DNA of 64,000 bases from Mobula hypostoma (lineage: Eukaryota), in the NCBI RefSeq assembly GCF_963921235.1, contig NC_086097.1:220474001-220538000 (forward strand), in the 5' to 3' direction. Position 1 is the first letter of the stretch. The number at the start of each line of letters is the position of its first letter. The notes under the pieces are model-generated. The model had not been told where the DNA came from. It ran no database searches and worked only from the letters and a program-made list of their open reading frames with translations. Shown piece after piece: positions 12,371 through 26,554 of the stretch. The position numbers and the translations under genes were made by a program.

Positions 12371-12647
12371 CTCTTATCTGATCTTAATAATAGAATTGAA
12401 AAGTGATACTTGGCTTAATTTGATATTTTAATTACAAACGTATGTTTAAACATAGGGACACAGACCTCAAGTACAACAGATTCTTCTCCGGGAAAGATTA
12501 ATTTAACCATCAGATGTCAGTAATATATGTTCTCTTATTAGTTTGAGCAAAACCACAAAGCATTTGAATGAACTGTAGTTCAATAGGCAAGTCACTTAAG
12601 AAGTGACAGTAAAACTAAGTTTCTATAGCTCTTGGTTCTAAACTGAC

Positions 12648-12748
12648 CTCGAGCATCATTGGTCCAAGTGCATCTTTGTCGATGACACCTTGACCTGTGG
12701 AGGATACATCAGCCTTCTGCACTGCATCTTCATTTGCAGCTACTTTTT
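12648..12748 (-). CDS. NCOA2: NCOA2 coding exon 3 ([34 protein letters not shown])
   Basis: Not in the ORF track; read by hand: ttttgcag|AA AAA GTA...ATG CTC GAG|gtcagt; 101 nt; p160 motif [21 protein letters not shown]. Confidence 0.96.
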
Positions 12749-14469
12749 CTGCAAAAACAAGAGGAAATTATTGCAACATGGATTCTTGCAGGACACCCAC
12801 AGGTAGTTTAATCCTGAAACCTCTTTGTGCTGATTTTAATGGATATATTTCTTTAAAGAGGCTAGTTAAGAATAAGGTGGCAACATAGTGTGATCAAATA
12901 GTCTTATCTTCTATAAAAATTAAGTGGTTCAACATTTGTTTAAACAAAATGAATTCAAGGTTAAAAGACAGTTCTAGTTAGCAATTTAAAATGGTTACCC
13001 CTATATCTTGCTGATGGGATCAAAAGGATTCTGGAATGATTTCAGCTATTAAAGCACTGCAAGACTTCAGGTTCTTGCTACCGGATAAACACTTGACATT
13101 GTATTGTCGCGCAAGGATTGAAAAAAAATCGCACTCAATAGCCAATGAAAGGTGCAAATGACCATTTATTGTTTTTTTGTATTAATTGTTCCACCCCGAC
13201 TATGGAACTTCTCTTCCTAGACACTACTTTAGCCAATATTGTTACTGAGCCTCTCCCCACATGGAATATACATTCTCAGAGGAGAAAGAAACTACTTCCA
13301 GCACACATTCCACCTCCTTTCTCCATTCAAAGTCCTTGGACAACTTTGAATGGAACTTTGAGCAACCATGGCATTTTCCCAGGAAGTCCACGCCTCTGTG
13401 GTGAGATCGCATCCTCATTCCTCTACCCACCTGGTAGGACTGCACCTTCTTCCACCCAACTGCAGGACGGAACCACATTCCGATTTTTCTGGTCACACTC
13501 TGAGAACCCCCTCCAAAACTCCTGACCCTGCTTTCTGTTCTTATGTCACCTAAGCATCAACTCTCGGTGCACACACTGCTCTTCGGTCAGGTCATTGGAA
13601 AATGCGGTATTTTGTATCAAATATGCATTACTCTCACCCAGCTCCAACTCTTTATCACTCTCAGCACCTCCACTGTCTTCAAATTGCCCGTATCACATAC
13701 ACTTATGCAAGTTAAAAATGTAATCCCAATAAGTGTCAGGAAGCCTAAAGCCATTTCACTGGATCTCCACAGTAAATTCCACCTCTCAGCCAGTGGCCTT
13801 GGATCTTCCCTTCTACCTGCACTGCAATCTCTCTGTAACGCTTTGTTCAGGACTCTGTTGTTGCTTTTCCCCTGTGCTACCTTGAAGTACCGATGTGATG
13901 AAATGATCTGTATGGATAGTACATAAATAAAGTTTTTCAAGCCAGCAATTGCACCCGTGACGTTATAAAACAATTTAATAAAACAAACTTAATTTTACTT
14001 GACTTGTGAAACCAGCACTTCTTCCTAGTTATTATCTAACACAAAGCTAGATTGTTAGCAATCTTGATGTCAAATTTATTCTCCAAGGTGAGCTTCTGCC
14101 CACAATCCCACATCAGCCTTGTAATCATTAAATCCCAACTGTAGCCTTGCATCGGATCTCTGCAGAAACTCCCTTCATGAGCTTGATGCCCAGAGACTTG
14201 ATTATTACTTCCTATGAACTTGACCATTCAAAATTCTGTCGTCTCCGCTAGGATAATACTCAACTCTTTCACCTCAGCTAATACTTCATGAAGCTTGGTG
14301 TTAAATCTTGTCTGGTAGCAATCTGTGAAGTAATCTGGGGCATCGATCTGCCTTGGATTGTGGGGCAAGGTCACCTTTGACTGTTCGACGCTATTGATAC
14401 AACTGTGTGCTTTGTTAGCTTACTTCAGAGGGTAGTCAGGAGTCCAGCACTGAGGAACACCAGAACCAT

Positions 14470-14660
14470 ACAGCAGGTAATGCTACTGTCTCACATCTCC
14501 AGCAACTCAGCTTAGGACCTGAACTCTGTCACTGCAAGAAGCATGTACATTTCCCTGTTTACTGCATGGCTTTCCTCCCAAATCCCAATCAGTAGGTTAA
14601 TTGGCTAAACAACCCCCAGTGCAGGTGGGCTGGAGCTGATAGTCATGTGAGAAATGTGGA
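14470..14660 (+). mobile_element. V-SINE, degenerate
   Basis: TGCTACTGTCTCACATCTCCAGCAAC...TTTCCTCCCAAATCCC...GTAGGTTAATTGGC. Confidence 0.55.
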
Positions 14661-15419
14661 GAGAAGGCACTGCATTAAGAGATGTCCTTCTTTAAACCAG
14701 TATGGTTTCTAAATACTGTCTAACTGCCTGTTGGACACTTTTATTGATTACCAGTATTAAATTTCCAGATTCTTAGAACTGATTTCAAAACTTTATACTA
14801 CCATGCCAAGTTCTGTACATATTGTCTTCATTTTTTTTTAATCCAGAAAGCCCTGTAACAGATAATCTGAAGCAGTAGAGAGGGGGTCCCGAAAATGAAA
14901 GGGCAGCTCATCGTCTATGATGAAGTCCCTGTTGCAAAGTTCAGCAGCCACTTCTATAACTAGCAGGCTGTACACAATCTAGTGATCTTGTTATCGATTT
15001 CTCAAAGTACTAGGCAAAGCACTGGCTGCTTCCATTCTGGATAGTAAAGTTCCAAGATTAAAATAAATTCTCACTTGCAATTTTTACTTCTTGTAAACAT
15101 TTGGAATACATTGAAAGTTACTGAAAAGGTCACGTATACAGTAACACAAATAAATTCATATGCAAAGTCACTGCAATATCAGCATTAAATCATTCCACAT
15201 TTAAATGACACTGATGTCTGTTTCGGAGAAGCCAATATGAGCAAGGAAAAATATTTGCACCCAAAAACTGACTGCAACGTCAAACAACTGGAAATGGACA
15301 GAATTAAGGTAAAACCTATTAGAAGAAGCAAGGCTAAGGTACACACTATCTCAAATGATACAGTGCACTTATATAGATATTACTTATTGGACACAGAGTT
15401 ACTTCAGTTACTATGAGCA

Positions 15420-16068
15420 AGATGGGGTGTGGGGGTGTCCAGGAAGGGGTAGTACTTCTGGTGAAGGAACTTATCGTGTTCACTCTGGGCAGCTCACTCA
15501 CCTTTGGTCCCCACCAGACACTCAGCTCTCACCTGTGGCTCCAAGTAGCTGTTTCCAAGCGACAGCGGCCACACTCTGGTACACCACATCGACAGGCGGG
15601 TTAAACCAGGTGGGAGTAACCAGAGGGCCTCATACCCAAGTGAGATAGGGTCATGCCTCCCTGAGCATGCCTCCGGGAGAAGGCTCAGGAGCTTGAAGAC
15701 ACGTACGGCCAGATTTGGGAACAGCTTCTTTCCAACTGTGATAAGACTGCTGAACGGATCCTGACCCAGATCTGGGTCGTACCCTCCAAATATCCGGACC
15801 TGCCTCTCAGTTTTTTTGCACTACCTTACTTTCCATTTTTCTATTTTCTGTTTATGATTTATAACTTAAATTTTTAGTATTTACTAATTTTTACTATTTT
15901 TAATATTTAATATTTGTAATCCAGGGAGCAGAAAGCACAGAGTCAAATATCGCTGTGATGATTGTACGTTCTACTATCAATTGTTTGACAACAATAAAGT
16001 ATAAAGTAAAGTCAGCTCCGGCAGACGGGGTGGATAAGAGCAACAGCGAGATCCAACAGCCAGGAAGG
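15420..16068 (+). mobile_element. RTE-like 5' region interrupted by a Rex1-type 3' fragment (~15670-16011)
   Basis: GC-rich UTR-like segment resumes at 16011 after an insert encoding GRRLRSLKTRTARFGNSFFPTVIRLLN and ending AATAAAGTATAAAGTAAAGT. The RTE assignment is from recalled similarity. Confidence 0.5.
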
Positions 16069-16074
16069 GGGGGG

Positions 16075-16972
16075 GGGTGGTTCCGCAATGTTTCACGGAG
16101 GGACCGATCTTTCCCTCTCCAGCCCTCTCCACTTTCAGCAGGGATCGGTCCCTCCGCGACTCCCTGGTCCACATGTCCCTCCCCATAGATCTCCCACCTG
16201 GCACTTATCCCTGTAAGCGCCAGTGCTACACCTGTCCCTACACCTCCTCTCCTGCCACCATTCAGGGCCCCAAATAGTCCTTCCAAGTGAGGCAACACTT
16301 CACTTGTGAGTCTGTTGGGGTCATCTATTGCATCCGGTGCTCCCGGTGCGGCCTCCTCTACATCAGTGAAACCCGATGCAGATTGGGGGACCGCTTCGTC
16401 GAGCACCTCCACTCCGTCCGCCACAACAGACAGGATCTCCCAGTAGCCACCTACTTCAACTCTGCTTCACATTTCCATTCGGATATGTCCATACATGGCC
16501 TCCTCTACTGCCATGATGAGGCTAAACTCAGGTTGGAGGAGCAACACCTCATATACAGTCTGGGTAGTTTCCAGCCCCTTGGTATGAACATAGAATTCTC
16601 CAACTTCTGGTAATTCCCTCTCCCTCCCTTCCTCTATCCCTATTTCACTCTACCCCCTCCCCCAGCTACCTATCATCTCCCTCATGGTTTCGCCTCCTTC
16701 TACTACCCATTGTGTTTTCCCCTATTCCTTCTTCATCTTTCCTGCCTTATCACCTCCCTGTCTCCCCTCCCCCACCCCTTTATCTTTCCCCTTACTGGTT
16801 TTTCACCTGGAACCTACCAGCCTTCTCCTTCCCACCCTCCCCCCACCTTCTTTATAGGGCCTCTGCCCCTTCCCTCTACAGTCCTGACAAAGGATTCCGG
16901 CCCGAAACGTCGACCGATCTTTTCCACGGATGCTGCCCGACCTGCTGAGTTCCTCCAGTGTGTTGTGAGTGT
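16075..16972 (+). mobile_element. Penelope-like element 3' fragment (GIY-YIG endonuclease + pLTR)
   Basis: ORF 16287..16613 HFTCES.GVIYCIRCSRCGLLYISET...LEEQHLI..LGS.QP.GMN; pyrimidine-rich UTR; hammerhead-like motif at 16880-16914. Confidence 0.92.
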
Positions 16973-17689
16973 TCCCCTAATGTTAACTTGCCTGCAAGTG
17001 TTATCCAATTCCACTTAATCTGAAATGTCAGGACCCTGATTTAACAATATCATGTGGATGGGCCAGGGCAATACAGGCCAACAACAACACTGACCATCAT
17101 AAAACCATAAGCTTCCCCTGGATCAGCTGGCTGTTAAGACACTGAATTCTTCAGAATATCTCTGATGTTCATAAAAACTATTAAAGGTCAAAAAGTTACA
17201 AGCTCTTAAAATGTCTTAAAATAAATCATTCTAAAACACTTGTAAACAGTTAAAATAATCTCAGTTCAAAAGAAATGTAAGTAACTTTATAATTCCTCTC
17301 CACCCTGCATTGAAATGAGTTCGCCAGGCTTAGCTTCTGTGAGCAGATTTCTCAGCTAAAGTGCTGCAGAATTATAGAAAGTTTTCATGTTGTCACTTAA
17401 TTCCATGGGGGGCGGGACGGGAGGTGATAAATCATTGGCGCAACTCAGCCAGTACATTTAGGGCTTCTGTTTTTACACTGGAGCCCTGAGCTTCCTGACA
17501 TTTACAGGAAGGGTAAATGCCGGTGTGGAAGTGCTGGCACTTTTCAGAATTCCGACTGTTTTGTTTTCATATGTAACTACTACTGTACCATCATAAATCC
17601 TATTGATATTACAACTTCAATCTTTAAAGAACAGGATTTACTTTCCATCCGTTGACTGTTACTCCCAGACTAGATGGGATAGAGAGGAT

Positions 17690-20000
17690 GAAAGTTTGCT
17701 TAATCAGTACATAGAAGTCGCAATGAGAGAGTGTGTGGTACTTCATCTGCTATTAGGGAATGATACAGGGCAGATGACAGAATTTTGTGTCGGGGAACGT
17801 TTTGCATCCAGTGATCATAATGCCATTAGTTTCAAAGTAAATATGGGAAAAAGATAGGTCTGGTCTGCAGGTTTAGATTCTAAATTAGAGAAAAGCCAAT
17901 TTTGGTGGTATCAGAAAGGATCTGACAAGTGTGGATTGGGACAGGCTGTTTTCTGGCAAATAAGGACTTGGTAAGTGGGAAGCTTTCAAAAGTAAAATTT
18001 TAGAGTACAAAGCTTGTATGTGCCTTTCAGAATAAAAGATAAAAGTAACAGGTTTAGGGAACCTTGGTTAACAAAACAAAAGGTTCATAGCAGGTATAGG
18101 CCGGTAGAGGTACAAGAAATGCAGACGCACACCTAAGAAAGAAATCAGGTGGGCTAAAAGAAGGCATGAGGTTGCATTAGCAGACAAGGTGAAGGAGAAT
18201 CCCAATGGATCCTATGGATATGCTAAGAGCAAAATGATTGCAAGGAACATAACTGGTTCTCTGGGAGATGAGAATGGTAATCCATGTGTGGAGATGGAGG
18301 AGAACTTAAATGGAATTTTTGCATCTGTATTTACTCGGGAGACAGACACAGAGGCTACAGAAGTGAGGCAAAGCTGCAGCAAGTTCATGGACCCTATGCC
18401 GATTATAGAGGAGATGGTGCTTGCTGTCTTGAGGCAAATTAGGGTAGCTAAATCCCCAGGGCCTGACAAGATATTCCCTCAGACCCTGTGGGAAGCAAGT
18501 GCAAAAATTGCAAGAGCCCTGTCAGAGATATTTATATCATCCTTAGTGACAGGTGGGGTACCAGAGGGCTGGAGGATTATCTAATGTTGTTTCACTGTTT
18601 AAGAACGGCTCTAAAAATAAACCAAGAAACTATCGGCTGGTGAGCCTGACATCAATAGTGGGAAAATTACTGGAAGGCATTCTAAGAGACCAGATATATG
18701 AGTAGTTGGATAGACAGGGACTGATTAAGGATAGACAGCATGGCTTTGTGCTTGGAAGGTCACGTCTAACCAATCTTAAGTATTTTTTGAGGGAGTTACC
18801 AGGAAAGTCGATGAAGCCAAGGCAGTGGATTTTGTCTACGTGGACTTTAGAAAGGCGTTTGACAAGGTCACACTTAGGAGGTTGGCAGGCAGATTTAGAC
18901 GCTTGGCATTCAAGATGAAGTAGTAAATTGGATTAGATATTGGCTTTGTGGGAGAAGCCAGAGAGTGGTAGTAAATGGCTGCCTCTCTGACTGAAGGCCC
19001 GTGCCTAGTGGAGTGCGCAGGGATCTGTGCTGGGTCCGATGTTGTTTGTCATCTATATCAATGATCTGGATGATAATGTGGTAAACTGGATCAGCAAATT
19101 TGTGGATGGCACCAAGATTGGGGGTGCAGTGGATAGAGAGGAAGACTATCAGAGCCTGCAGCAGGATCTGGACCAGCTGGGGAAAAAAAAAATTGGCTGA
19201 AAAATGGCATATGGAATTTAATGCAGATAAGAGCATGATGTTGCACTTCAGTCGGACTAACCTGGGTAGGTCTTATACAGTGAATGGTAGAGCACTGAGG
19301 AGTGCAGTAGAACCAAGGAATCTGGGAGTACAGATCCACAATTCATTGAAAGTGGCAGCACAGGTAGACAGGGCCCTAAAGAAAACTTTTGACACATTGG
19401 CCTTCATAAATCCAAGTACTGAGTACAGGAGATGGGATGTTATGTTGAATTTGTATAAGATATTGGTGAGGACTAATTTGCAGTATTGAGTGCAGATTTG
19501 GTCACCTACCTACAGGAAAGATGTAAACAAGGTTGAAAGAGTATAGAGAAAATTTACAAGGATGTTGCCAGACTTGAGGACTTGAGGTATAAGGAAAGAC
19601 TGAATAGGTTAGAACTTTATTCCTTGGGATATAGAAGATTGAGGGGAGATTTGATAGAGGTATACAAAATTATAAGGGGTAGATAGAGTAAATGCAAGCA
19701 GGCTTTTTCAACTGAGACTACAACCAGAGGTTAATGGGTTAAGTGTGAGTGCTGAAACATTTAAGGGGAACATGAGGGGGAAACTTCTTCACTCAGAATG
19801 ATAAGAATGTGGAATGATCTGCCAGCGTAAGTTGTGCATGCGAGCTTGATATTAACGGTTAAGTATAGTTTGGATAGGTACATGGATAGGAGGTATATGG
19901 AGGGCTCTGGTCTGTGCAGGTCAATGGGACTAGGCAATTTAAATGGTTTGACATGGACTGGATAGGCCTATTTCTGTGCTATACTTTTCTATGACTATGT
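17690..20000 (+). mobile_element. CR1 LINE, degenerate, 5'-truncated
   Basis: SDHNAISF (endonuclease end), KSPGPD, QHGF and RT fragments; tail TTCTATGACTATG. Confidence 0.92.
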
Positions 20001-21561
20001 TTAATCTAAAGTCTTCCTGATTTTCTCTGCAAAGTTCAGATCTTTTATTTTACGGTCACGTCTTGGTCTTAAGATAGGTTAAAAACTATTAATCTGGTGC
20101 TTGAGTGATATGTGATTTACTTGTATGCTCCAATTTTAATATCTGTTCACTAACCCAAGGTACAGACTGCCATTTCAGTCCAAGACTGAATTGATTATTT
20201 GTGTCTGGAATTTTAGTTACAGCCTTAGTTAGATAGCAAGGCCTAATTTTATTTGGCTACAAAGTTGAACAACTTTTTCCTTGATTTCATTGATAGAATT
20301 AACTGAGAAGATCAATACAAACAATAGCTATGTGATAATTACAAAATACATGCCAGTCTGGGCATAATTTTGAAGTACTCAATGTCTGGTGCTCTCAAAC
20401 TACATCTGCTTCTGATTTCTCAAGTTAATGGTCAGAAATAGGTTGACAGTCTGGTTCTTCATTTCTCCCTTCACTTCACATCCCAGATCCACTCTGAACA
20501 GCTGCTATGTGAGCACCATTCCGCATTTTAATTTCTTAAGAAGCAGCGTGAAGTGAAAACAAGATGCATTGAGAGTGCACGGGGCAATCTGGCTCGAAGC
20601 AGATGCAATGTGCTCATTTCCAACAGCCTGCCAGAAGGGAGGATCACTCTCTCCTGCTGAGTTTGCCTTTCCAATGGGATTATGGCAGTGCCTTCAGAGA
20701 CATTGTTTTTAATTACACTAACTGTAGCAACAGCAGCTCTGCCTACGAGATGACCACATTGGATAGAATTCAACGGAACAATATGATCAATAACTTTCTA
20801 AGAAAATCTTCACTCCCTCCCCCACAGTGATTTTATAATCAGTGAGCTTGGTCAGCACTACAACAATGGAAATAATGCAAATTATGAATAAATGTAACAG
20901 TAGGTTATTGGCAGAACTATTCCCAGATTTGAATAAACAATGTCAATTCAAAAGAGAATGGAAAAATCTGAAGTAAATATTTTAATTCACTGCTTCAACA
21001 CAAATCTAGATTTCATGTTATCTATTAACATAAAATGTGCAGCCAATAACGCCAACTCTGCTGTTGACTAACATTGTATTTTGTTAAAAAACTAATGTCA
21101 AAATCTCAGAAATCAAATGCTCAAAATATAGATATTTCACCAATAAGTGGCAGCCCATGGAGCAATTTATCAATCCAGTTCCACATTCCATTATGTTAAA
21201 CACTGCAGTCATACAGCTGGACTCAGCAATTTACCCCTCCCACTGACAAAGTGCATCACAAAAGCAAATTTTGAGAAATTCTCATTACTGCACACCTACA
21301 ATCTTTCGCATACACTGCAATAGGGTAACGTTAAGGTGATAACATCACGGTTGGAGGGTTTCTGAATGACAGAGTGATTATACATTTAATGCTGTTTAAG
21401 CATTCATGCACACTTCCTGCAAGTCAACTCACAGTATCTTTCTCCAGTCAATTAATGTGCAAACAGGTGACCGTTGTATATCATTTTTTATTGTTAAAGT
21501 GCACTTGTGTATTTACCCCTGCAATGCTAAAATAGCTGTCTGTGCCTTTAAGAGAAAACGG

Positions 21562-21580
21562 TGACGTCATTTTGCACGTG
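21562..21580. promoter_or_regulatory. Adjacent consensus CRE (TGACGTCA) and E-box (CACGTG)
   Basis: TGACGTCA at 21562-21569 and CACGTG at 21575-21580; motif match only, function untested. Confidence 0.35.
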
Positions 21581-22839
21581 TGGAGTAGAACGAAGAGTTA
21601 CCATGCTCTAGAGAAAACAACATTCGAGTGCTTTCCCCAGGTCTGGTGAGGAAAGGTGAATAATATTTGGTAATATCCATGCAAATTCGTTTATACTTGT
21701 TTGTAAATCTAGAACATCGGTAGTTTGACATGTCTTACATGTGGATGCTTTAGACTTACACGAGTAAATTTTATCAGCACTGGATTCCGTGATTGGGTGA
21801 CATTCCTTATTGGCCTAGTAAGTTAGTCTTTATAGTAATTCAACTATAAGGCAATTTACTGTAAAAGTTCTTGTGAAAGTTTATTTTTGTCTTTTTTTAT
21901 TGTTTCACGACAGAATGTGAATGCAACAGATTAATGTAAATGTGTTAATCTCTGTTCCTGTAGCGTGAGCGAGGAGAACTCGTTTCAAGGTCTAGCCCAT
22001 ATGTGCTTTGAAGTTAAGCTCGTGTGCCAAATGTTAGTATATCTCTTAGTTAAGATGAGATGTATTTATTCATAATTTTGGTGTTGTGTATAACATACAG
22101 GGTTGGTGGGATTCTAATGTTGTTTGTATTGCTTCCTTTTAGAATTGCCACTACCGCATGGTTTTGTATATTTTGTTTCAGTTATTTTCATACGGCATGT
22201 GTAACAAGGGTGTGACCCAAAATTCAGCTAAGATTGTAACAGCGGGAACTGTTTTTTAAAATTCATTTCATCATTTTTATTTCAATACTCTCTTTCTGCA
22301 TTAAAACATCGAAAACAGATAAAGGAATTAAAGACCCGAAAAAGTATGTGTTGTCCTGCGCGTGTATCTTCCCCAGGCTACAAAAAAATATCAGCCACAA
22401 GGTGAACACCCTTGGAAAAAAACGCACTATTCAGTAGCATCTTTTTCTTGACTCTGTTAGTGAAGCTCAGCTCCAGTGGTTGAGGAGATCTTGTGAAGAT
22501 CACCTTAAATGGCCAAGGAGGTCAGCTGGTGAAGTTCACGTCCAGTGGCTGAGAGGAACCCTGCTGGAGGTCAGAGTTACATGGACATCTATCTGGAAGA
22601 ACCGGTTCAGGGACGTCAAGTAGAACTCAGCTCCACTGGCTGAGAGATGCCCAGAGGCGTCCATCTCCAACATCTCTGTAAAACTGACTACAAAACTTTG
22701 GAACCTGCCTGCAATGTAAACCAACTATACGATGATATGCATGAATCATGCTGACGCTGCCATAAAAAATATAATTGTCCTAAGATAAATGAGCAATTAA
22801 GTATGAAATTATACATTTCAGCCTGACATCCAAATGGCC

Positions 22840-24210
22840 TGAGATACCAATCGATGGTCATTCAACTCTCCTGCATTTGGCCCATATTGCTCTATTCCCT
22901 TCATCTCTATGTACTATCCAAACACTTTTTCAAAATTTGTGATTCTACCTGCCTCTACTATTACCTCTAGCAGCTTGTTCCATATACTAGCCCTCTGTAT
23001 GGAATACTTCTCCCCATTCCCGCCCCCCACCACCAAAATCTCCTTTGAAAATTTCCCTACTCGCTCCAGGTTCAGGCGCCCTTACCTTGGGAAAAAACTG
23101 TGACTCTTTGCCCTTGCTATGCCCCTCAGAATTTTATAAATCTCTACAAGGTTATCTCTCAGCCTCTGTGCCCCAGTCTATCCAATCTCACCTTGTAACG
23201 TCCTGGTGAATCTCTTCTGCATTCTTCCTTGTGCTACCACAACTTTGCTCTGGCGTGGCTAACCAGCGTCTTGTACAGCTATAATGTGATGTCACAACTA
23301 TGGCAATCAATAACCCAGCCTAAGGCAGCAAGCAGGCTAAATGTTTTCTTCTCTACCTTCTCCTCCTGCGCCACCATTTTCAGGTCAACCTGAAGATCTG
23401 TGCTATATTAACTCTTCGAAGGTCCCTGCATCACACTGTGGATTGTGTTCCATCTGCTATTGCTTGGTCCAATTTACTAGCTGACCTATGTCTTGCTGTT
23501 TTTCTTAGGCAACCAGCCTCACTATCTAGGTCTCCATCAATCTTCAAGTGCTCAGCAAACTTACTCATTAGACCAGAGACTTTCTCATCCAAGTCACTTA
23601 CATACATCAGATCCAGCACCAATCCCTTAGGTGGACCACTAGTTAAGGACTTCCAGTCAGAAGGATCAATCCTCCACCTCTACCCTCTACCTTCTGTCAG
23701 CAAGCCAATCTCCGATCCAGTTTGCCAAAACACATAGGATCTCTTTTCCCTGAATCTTCTAGGCCAGTCAAATGAGCAGGGACCTTGTCAAAAGCCCTGC
23801 TGAAGTCCATGTATAGCACAACTACTGTCTTGCCTTCATCAGTCTTGTAACACAGTATTTCTTGTGCACAAAACCACACACAGACTTCTCCTAATCAGCC
23901 TTTCTCAAACAAGAGAAAATCTGCAGATGCTGGAAATCCAAGCAACATCCACAAAATGCTGGAGGAACTCAGCAGGCTAGGTAGCATTTATGGAAAAGAG
24001 TACAGCTGACATTTTGGGCCGAAACCCTTTGGCAGGATCCTTCCAACTGTTCATCATTTTTCTTTCCAATAGTTTCCCTTTACTGACTTAAGGTTCACTG
24101 ACCAGTAGATTTCCAGTTTATCCCTTCCAGCCTTCTTGACTATTGGAACAGCATTAGCTTATCTCTAGTCTTGCAGTACCTCACCCATGGCTAAAGATGA
24201 TGCAAAAATT
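22840..24210 (-). mobile_element. Degenerate CR1 fragments interrupted by a Penelope pLTR fragment (~23905-24040, minus)
   Basis: LYMDFSRAFDKVP and SKFAE fragments; insert TCTGCAGATGCTGGAAATCCAAGCAAC...GGAGGAACTCAGCAGG. Confidence 0.75.
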
Positions 24211-25227
24211 ACTAATGGCGCAGTGCAACTGACTTTCTGCAAGGCAACAAGGAATCATCACTCAATGTACAACTCTGTTTAATGGAGAAATGGCGAGGTC
24301 AGGGTAACCGTTCTTGAAGGAACATAGGGGAAAGGAAAACACCAATGAGTCAGTTGCACACCATGTTACACTACAATTAGAAAACCTACCATATGGCTCC
24401 ATGAAACCCAGAGCATTCATATTCATTAGGAAACATTTTACTCCCAGAAAAACACAAGACCCTTCCTGTGCTCTCCAAATGTGTTTATCTTTTCAGTATT
24501 AATGCACTATATTTCACAAAGCGACTGAAATTTCCTGCCGTGAATATTAAACACAACAGCTGCACCAATTCTCAGTGTTTACACTTACTGGGAGCAAGAA
24601 AAGAACAAAGCTCTCTACTGTGCCAGGTACAGCTGCTATGATATAAATCAGGTTTTTTTTAAACCTTTACCACGGCCTCCCCATCCTCCTTTCAGCTATG
24701 ATGTTATATGGTTGAGGAACGCCATCTTAGTTCATCTGCCAAGATCAACCCAATGACCCAGATGATTCTATCATTTCTATTGCTTTACTTTCATTCACCT
24801 GCCAAGCACACCAACATCAGTGCCACAACTAGCATTTGAGCGTTCTCTCATCCTCTTCGCAATCAAATTATGCTGTCTCATTCAATTGGGAAATAAAACT
24901 CCCTAACGTCAGAGTTCAGTCTCAAGGATGGGTCTCATGGCACTTCTTTACACTGACCACATCTGTCTCTCCAACTTCTCCATAACCAGCATTCAGAAGG
25001 GCCGAGATGGCCTGTTTCCGTGCTGTAATTGTTATATGGTTATATTGTAGATTTTTGTCACTACTATATAGTTCACAAACAATGGCCACTGATTCTTCAG
25101 TACACCACCCAGAATTTAACACTGTTGGACATGTATTTTTTGAAGCAGTATTTTTCTCCTTCAGTGAACCTAAAAGTTCCATGGAACTATTCAAAGACCG
25201 CCAAGTTAGTTATTTCCTGTTACTGCC

Positions 25228-25855
25228 CTGCAAGTTGGTTAGGGTGGTTAGGAAGGCATACAGTGTGTTAGCCTTCATTAGTCACAAGAATTAAGTTCAA
25301 GAGCACAGAGGTAATGCAGTCACTCTATAAAACTCTGTTCAGAACACACTTGTTCAGTTCTGGTCACCTCATTATAAGTAGAACATAGAAGCTTTAGAGA
25401 GTGTGCAGGGGAGATTTACCAGGATGCGACTTGGATTAGAGAACATCTTAAGAGGAAAAGTTGTGTGAGCTGGGGCTTTTCTCTTTAGAGGATGAAAGGA
25501 GACTTGTGAGGCACGTTAGATGATAAGAGATGTAGAGTGGACAGCCTGTGCCCTTTCCCCAGGGTGGCAATAGGTTGTACAAGTGGACAAACTTTTGAAG
25601 TGATTGAAGTAGAGAGGATGTCAGAGGAAGTATTCTTTAGAAACACAGAGAGTGGTAAGTGCATGGAACATACTGGTAGAAGCATGGTGGTAGAAGCAGA
25701 TACATTAGAGACTCTTCATTAGGAACATGGATGAAAGAAAAATGGGGGCTATGTGGGAGGGAGAGGTCAGATTGATCTTAGAGTAGGTTACGAAGTTGGT
25801 ACATTGTAGGCCAAAGGGCTGGACCGCGGTGTAGTATTCGATTGTTCTATGTTCC
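25228..25855 (+). mobile_element. CR1 3' fragment
   Basis: RVVRKAYSVLAFI, CAGTTCTGGTCACCTCATTA; tail TGTTCTATGTTC. Confidence 0.8.
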
Positions 25856-26554
25856 GCCTGTCTGAGAGGCCTTATGCAAAAAATAGCTGCCATCTTACTT
25901 TACATTGCAAGCTACAAATTTAACTAAAAACATCTGGTATTTCCAAGCATCTCATGATAGGAAAAGGAGCTTATATAAAGTGCTGGTTCTTTATTTCATC
26001 TGCAAATTGTCTCCATTTAAGATTACACATTTTTAATCCAATCTTACAGATATATTTCCCTTGAAAGATCAGTAATGAAATACTTCATTTACGGTTTTAA
26101 AATGCTGTTTCATTTGTCTTCTACTGAAAACCCTCTTCCAATCCATTTCCAAGAACAGTCTGATTTCTTGAAACTGAAAATGATAAATCTAGCTCCTGGT
26201 TTTTCACACAGCAGAACCCAAATCACACTCAACTTGCTCATTTTGAGACTGTTGTTCCCCAGGGTGCTGCGATTTTCATTTCCTGTACATTGCCAGGGCC
26301 ACAGTCAGATAACTGGTTAAAATGAGTATTGCCATCCAGAATTTCCTGGACACACAGGGTCAAGCAACAGTCATGAACCATTAATTTGATTAAATCACTT
26401 GGGTTTTTCCAGTTTATATTTGGCTACTAAAGACTGATTGAAATATCTTTCCTGTTCTCACATACCCTTATCTTGCTCCAGAGCATATTGCTTTCCGTCA
26501 AGCATTGCCTTGATCTTTTGCAACATATTACTGGTGTTAGCTTAAATTTAATTA

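Noticed and set aside
13145..13560. Possible very old Penelope RT remnant (LLFLD motif)
   Set aside because: Too degenerate to call by eye.
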